DNA of 28,774 nt from a virus. Taxonomy: Duplodnaviria; Caudoviricetes. The translations under genes and the position numbers were made by a program. Under the pieces are notes generated by a model, which did no database searches, was not told the origin of the DNA, and worked only from the letters and a program-made list of their open reading frames with translations. This document shows, in pieces, positions 25,965 through 28,774 of the stretch (within the stretch, counting starts at the first letter, position 1; every line of letters begins with the position of its first letter). The stretch covers positions 1-28,774 of IMG/VR virus record IMGVR_UViG_3300036781_000129. One strand, given 5' to 3'.

Positions 25965-26341
25965 GAAGACGTCACCTCCTTCCACACAGCATTAGCGATT
26001 TGGTCAAATATCGGCCTTATCGCTGGGTTGATGTAGTCTCTTCCTTGCACGTATCCGCCAGTGCCAGTTCCGTGCCCGTACTGAAGCATGACCGCGATGG
26101 GAGTTCCAGCTGGATCTAGGTGGGAGTTTGTCCAGAATATAGACGCACTCCCACCTCTGATCTGAATTTCATAACTCCACGATGCAGCTGTAGCTCCGCT
26201 TTCCACAGGAGTGACTGACGCAAGAGCGTCCACTCCCTGTTTGGCATACTGATTCAGCGCCCTGTACATATCGCCTCGCTGAATCCTTGCAAGGAATTTG
26301 TCAGTTCTGTCGAAGGAGCCTCTTGACGTGATCTGAAGCAT
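25961..26341 (-). CDS. HK97 gp10-like tail completion/neck protein
   Basis: TPVESG.TAASW.Y, IA.MLQYGHGT..GGYVQGRDYINPA motifs. ATGA-coupled to tape measure. Confidence 0.75.
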   Translation of the reverse strand: MLQITSRGSFDRTDKFLARIQRGDMYRALNQYAKQGVDALASVTPVESGATAASWSYEIQIRGGSASIFWTNSHLDPAGTPIAVMLQYGHGTGTGGYVQGRDYINPAIRPIFDQIANAVWKEVTSS

Positions 26342-26349
26342 CGGGCTCC

Positions 26350-26952
26350 CTAGGCTAGGAGATACGTGAAACCGAGGTGAAGTACGTCTCCTGAAGCAAT
26401 CGTGGCGGTCGGGGACAAGGTTTTGATGGTGATCTCGCCGTTGGTCTCGATGAAAGCACCTCCGGAAGAAGTACCGCCCTTGTCATACAAATGAACTTCT
26501 TCGGATGCAGGCTTCAATCCGACTGGAAGAGTGGCACAGATGACATCTGGAGTGATGTTTCCAGTAGAAGTTGCAGTTAGTGTGCTTCCACTGTATGTCA
26601 AGTCGATGTCTACACATGCAAGACGGCCCACGATATAAGCCTGGAAGTTCGTCACAGAAAAGTTTGTTGCGGCCGCGAGAGTCAGACCTGGATCGACCAG
26701 ATCATCAATCGGGTTGATTGGGCCGACGTCGACCGTGCTTGTGTCTCCATGCGTGACGATGAGATGGTTGCTTCCGTCTACCGAAAGCGACTTGACGTAG
26801 GCGCCAGTGAAAGAACCAACATCGACTGTGGTTCCATCGCCCTTTGTAAGAATGAGATGGTTGCTTGTGTCGATGGCTGCTGCCTTGACGAAGATGTCTG
26901 TGTCTGCGATTCCAGCAGGACCTTTGATGTTTCCGATAAGAATCTTGGGCAT
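26350..26952 (-). CDS. Minor tail/fibre-associated protein (200 aa)
   Basis: N-terminal KILIGNIKGPAG, an internal duplication (SNHLILTKGDGTTVDVG / SNHLIVTHGDTSTVDVG) and a C-terminal ATLP.GLKP receptor-binding-type beta domain. Confidence 0.7.
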   Translation of the reverse strand: MPKILIGNIKGPAGIADTDIFVKAAAIDTSNHLILTKGDGTTVDVGSFTGAYVKSLSVDGSNHLIVTHGDTSTVDVGPINPIDDLVDPGLTLAAATNFSVTNFQAYIVGRLACVDIDLTYSGSTLTATSTGNITPDVICATLPVGLKPASEEVHLYDKGGTSSGGAFIETNGEITIKTLSPTATIASGDVLHLGFTYLLA

Positions 26953-26954
26953 GG

Positions 26955-28376
26955 TCACGCACTCGCATCCACGCACAAGGCGTTATCGAAGTTGACGGTC
27001 TGGTTTGAGTCCGCCGTGCGAACCGTGGATAGGATATAGGTCACCACGGTCATGTCAGGAAGGCTGGAACTGACAGTACGACGAGACGTCCAGGTCTCAC
27101 CGTCAGCGCTCGTGTACCACGTGGCTGTTCCCGAAACCAAGCTGATCTTCCACCACTTGTGGTTTGTTCCGTCCCAAGTGAGAGTGGTATCGGAGTTGCT
27201 CGACGCGTTTCTTGAGCGCATGCGCAAGTTGGCGCCATCCCTGCCGATCGCAAGGTAGTTGTTGGCATCCTTCTGGAGCTTCATGAACGTGGTTGCTGAT
27301 GTAGCAGTTGGAACCGTTGTAGCTTCCACTTCAGCACGAAGACCTGTGAAGTCGAAAGCGGACGCAGAATCCAGATGGTCGTTTCCACTCGTTGTGCATA
27401 TCAGCTGAAGCTGCTGACCGGCAACTGTAGCAGTGCTTCCACTTGGAACTGTCCACAGAGCTGAGAAAGCTTGCCCATCAAAGCCTTCCCAGGAATCCTC
27501 GACAACCGGAGCCCACGGAGTGACTGGATAGACAGCCGCGAGTTGCTCCATCATGTCGGTGAAATATGACAGACCGACTGGAGTCGAGTGACGAGGGCCG
27601 CCTTGTGAACCTGGTTCCGTGTCGTACGGGTTTGGCAAGGTTCCGTCTGTGATCCAGACGAGAGCCGCTCTTTGCTGCCTTGACAGGAAGAGCGCTTCGT
27701 CTCGTTCTTTGGTTCCCCAGCATCCGTACACAACATGAATGAACCTGTTCGACGGATATGTGGTCAGCCAGTCGATGAAATGCGAAGTCGATGAGAATCC
27801 CCTGTACTGACCAAGATCTCCTTCGAAGTTGCAGACGACATCGCAGGCTTCCATGTATGATTCGTCCGGAGTCGTTCCCGGATTGATCATAACAAAGCCC
27901 TTTCCAGGCTTTGACTTCACATAGTCGAACAGCGACTTGTAATATGCCTGATGCTCGGGTTCGACGGAACATTCATCGAAGAATATCCCGTCCATATACA
28001 GGAAGCTTCCATCTGCCTGTTCAGTGTCATACAGATCGTGCCATGCATCGATCTCTGCTTCTGCGGTAGCCAGGCTTTTGCCAGAGAACACGGTGCTAAT
28101 GTAGCCCAGCACTGTCATCCCAGCGGCCCGCATGAGGCGTATCTGGGCCGTGTAGTCCGAGTTGGCAGAATCACCTGGACCCGATGCGGGATTGGCGATA
28201 ACGAGTGACATGTATGGCGAAGCAGACTGATAGTCCTGCCATACACCTCCGCCATCGACAAACCATGTTGGATATGTATAGCTGGGCCCGCCGAAGTTCT
28301 GAATCGCGTTTCCGGTCAAACTTCCACCCTGAGACCCAGCAGGACCTCTGATGTTGCCAAGCAAAATCTTGGTCAT
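26955..28376 (-). CDS. Tail-associated spherulin-4 (GH135-like) glycoside hydrolase with C-terminal beta-sandwich (473 aa)
   Basis: IANPASGPG, VLGYIST, DGIFFDE, INPG and NFEG motifs of spherulation-specific family 4. The C-terminal domain is Trp/Thr/Ser-rich and ConA-like. Confidence 0.8.
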   Translation of the reverse strand: MTKILLGNIRGPAGSQGGSLTGNAIQNFGGPSYTYPTWFVDGGGVWQDYQSASPYMSLVIANPASGPGDSANSDYTAQIRLMRAAGMTVLGYISTVFSGKSLATAEAEIDAWHDLYDTEQADGSFLYMDGIFFDECSVEPEHQAYYKSLFDYVKSKPGKGFVMINPGTTPDESYMEACDVVCNFEGDLGQYRGFSSTSHFIDWLTTYPSNRFIHVVYGCWGTKERDEALFLSRQQRAALVWITDGTLPNPYDTEPGSQGGPRHSTPVGLSYFTDMMEQLAAVYPVTPWAPVVEDSWEGFDGQAFSALWTVPSGSTATVAGQQLQLICTTSGNDHLDSASAFDFTGLRAEVEATTVPTATSATTFMKLQKDANNYLAIGRDGANLRMRSRNASSNSDTTLTWDGTNHKWWKISLVSGTATWYTSADGETWTSRRTVSSSLPDMTVVTYILSTVRTADSNQTVNFDNALCVDASA

Positions 28377-28390
28377 TCTGCCCCTCCTGA

Positions 28391-28774
28391 CTAGGTCTTG
28401 ATGATGAATATGAAGTTGGTGTATGGCGGAACTGTTGAAGTTGACTTGGTCTGACCGACCACTTTGGCTCCGTCAGTAACAGTGTCGCCGCTGTCATCGA
28501 ACGTAGCCAGAGCTTTTCTGACCGTCGACGTCCACGCAGGAGAACTGATTCGCTTCATGTCAATCAGAGGAGCCGGAGATGCTGAGAAGAAATCGATCTG
28601 AGCTACAGCATCGGTCGAACCACCATCGATCTGGTGAGAATGCGAGCTAGCTCCTCCGGTTCCTCCCACAGCAGCGGCTTGCTGCCTTGGGAAACGTGCT
28701 TCCATGTTCGGGACATTGAACGTCGTAGTCCCGTCGCCAGTTCCGTAACTAACACCGATCAAGGCGAACAGATC
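28391..28774 (-). CDS. Tail fibre protein with tail-collar domain (5'-truncated by window edge)
   Basis: LFALIG.SYG.GDG.TTFNVP...RFP and terminal PPY....FIIK motifs. The frame is open to the window end. Confidence 0.85.
   Translation of the reverse strand, partial: DLFALIGVSYGTGDGTTTFNVPNMEARFPRQQAAAVGGTGGASSHSHQIDGGSTDAVAQIDFFSASPAPLIDMKRISSPAWTSTVRKALATFDDSGDTVTDGAKVVGQTKSTSTVPPYTNFIFIIKT

Larger units (their letters stand above)
1..28774 (-). mobile_element. Tailed bacteriophage genome segment (siphovirus-like, probable actinobacterial host), tail module to right end
   Basis: Tape measure, Dit, Gp37-like tail protein, tail collar, holin and phage replication genes are tightly packed on one strand with overlapping start/stop codons. 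No host housekeeping genes are present. Confidence 0.95.

Noticed and set aside
25961-26350. Tail assembly chaperone frameshift upstream of the tape measure gene
   Set aside because: The gene before tape measure is gp10-like, and no slippery-site gene pair is visible. The chaperones are probably outside the window.
658-28208. Numerous plus-strand ORFs in the track (e.g. 14124-15029, 22290-22916, 23329-23961)
   Set aside because: They are antisense shadows of well-supported minus-strand genes, with no recognisable motifs.

Overview
The window is the right part of a tailed (siphovirus-type) bacteriophage genome, probably infecting an actinobacterium, shown in reverse orientation. Essentially all credible genes are on the minus strand. 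In transcription order (high to low coordinates) it contains: (1) tail-fibre/receptor-binding genes (tail-collar protein, a spherulin-4/GH135-like protein), a HK97-gp10-like protein, tape measure, distal-tail and Gp37-like tail proteins; (2) small membrane proteins and a holin; (3) small accessory and conserved hypothetical genes, including two DUF6353-like and two DUF6275-like paralogues and a lipoprotein; (4) a 1231-aa SF3-helicase/PrimPol/family-B polymerase fusion, a probable SSB, an SF2 helicase and a likely replication origin; (5) VRR-NUC and Cas4-like nucleases and an 883-aa protein, ending at a G/C-tract that looks like the physical genome end. From memory, the gene content resembles the Rhodococcus Pepy6/Poco6, Arthrobacter AM/AU and Streptomyces BI group (no search run). 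The most interesting system is the 883-aa protein. It carries the two-barrel RNA polymerase catalytic motif (GADFDGD) plus several HTH modules. The window also has four copies of a 28-bp non-canonical promoter-like motif (TCGCAGGA-N3-ACAYG-N3-TATAGTGAA). Each copy heads a promoter-payload-terminator cassette, and two of them appear to produce short hairpin RNAs rather than proteins. Together these suggest a phage single-chain RNAP with its own promoters and small RNAs. No tRNA, CRISPR array or integrase was seen.
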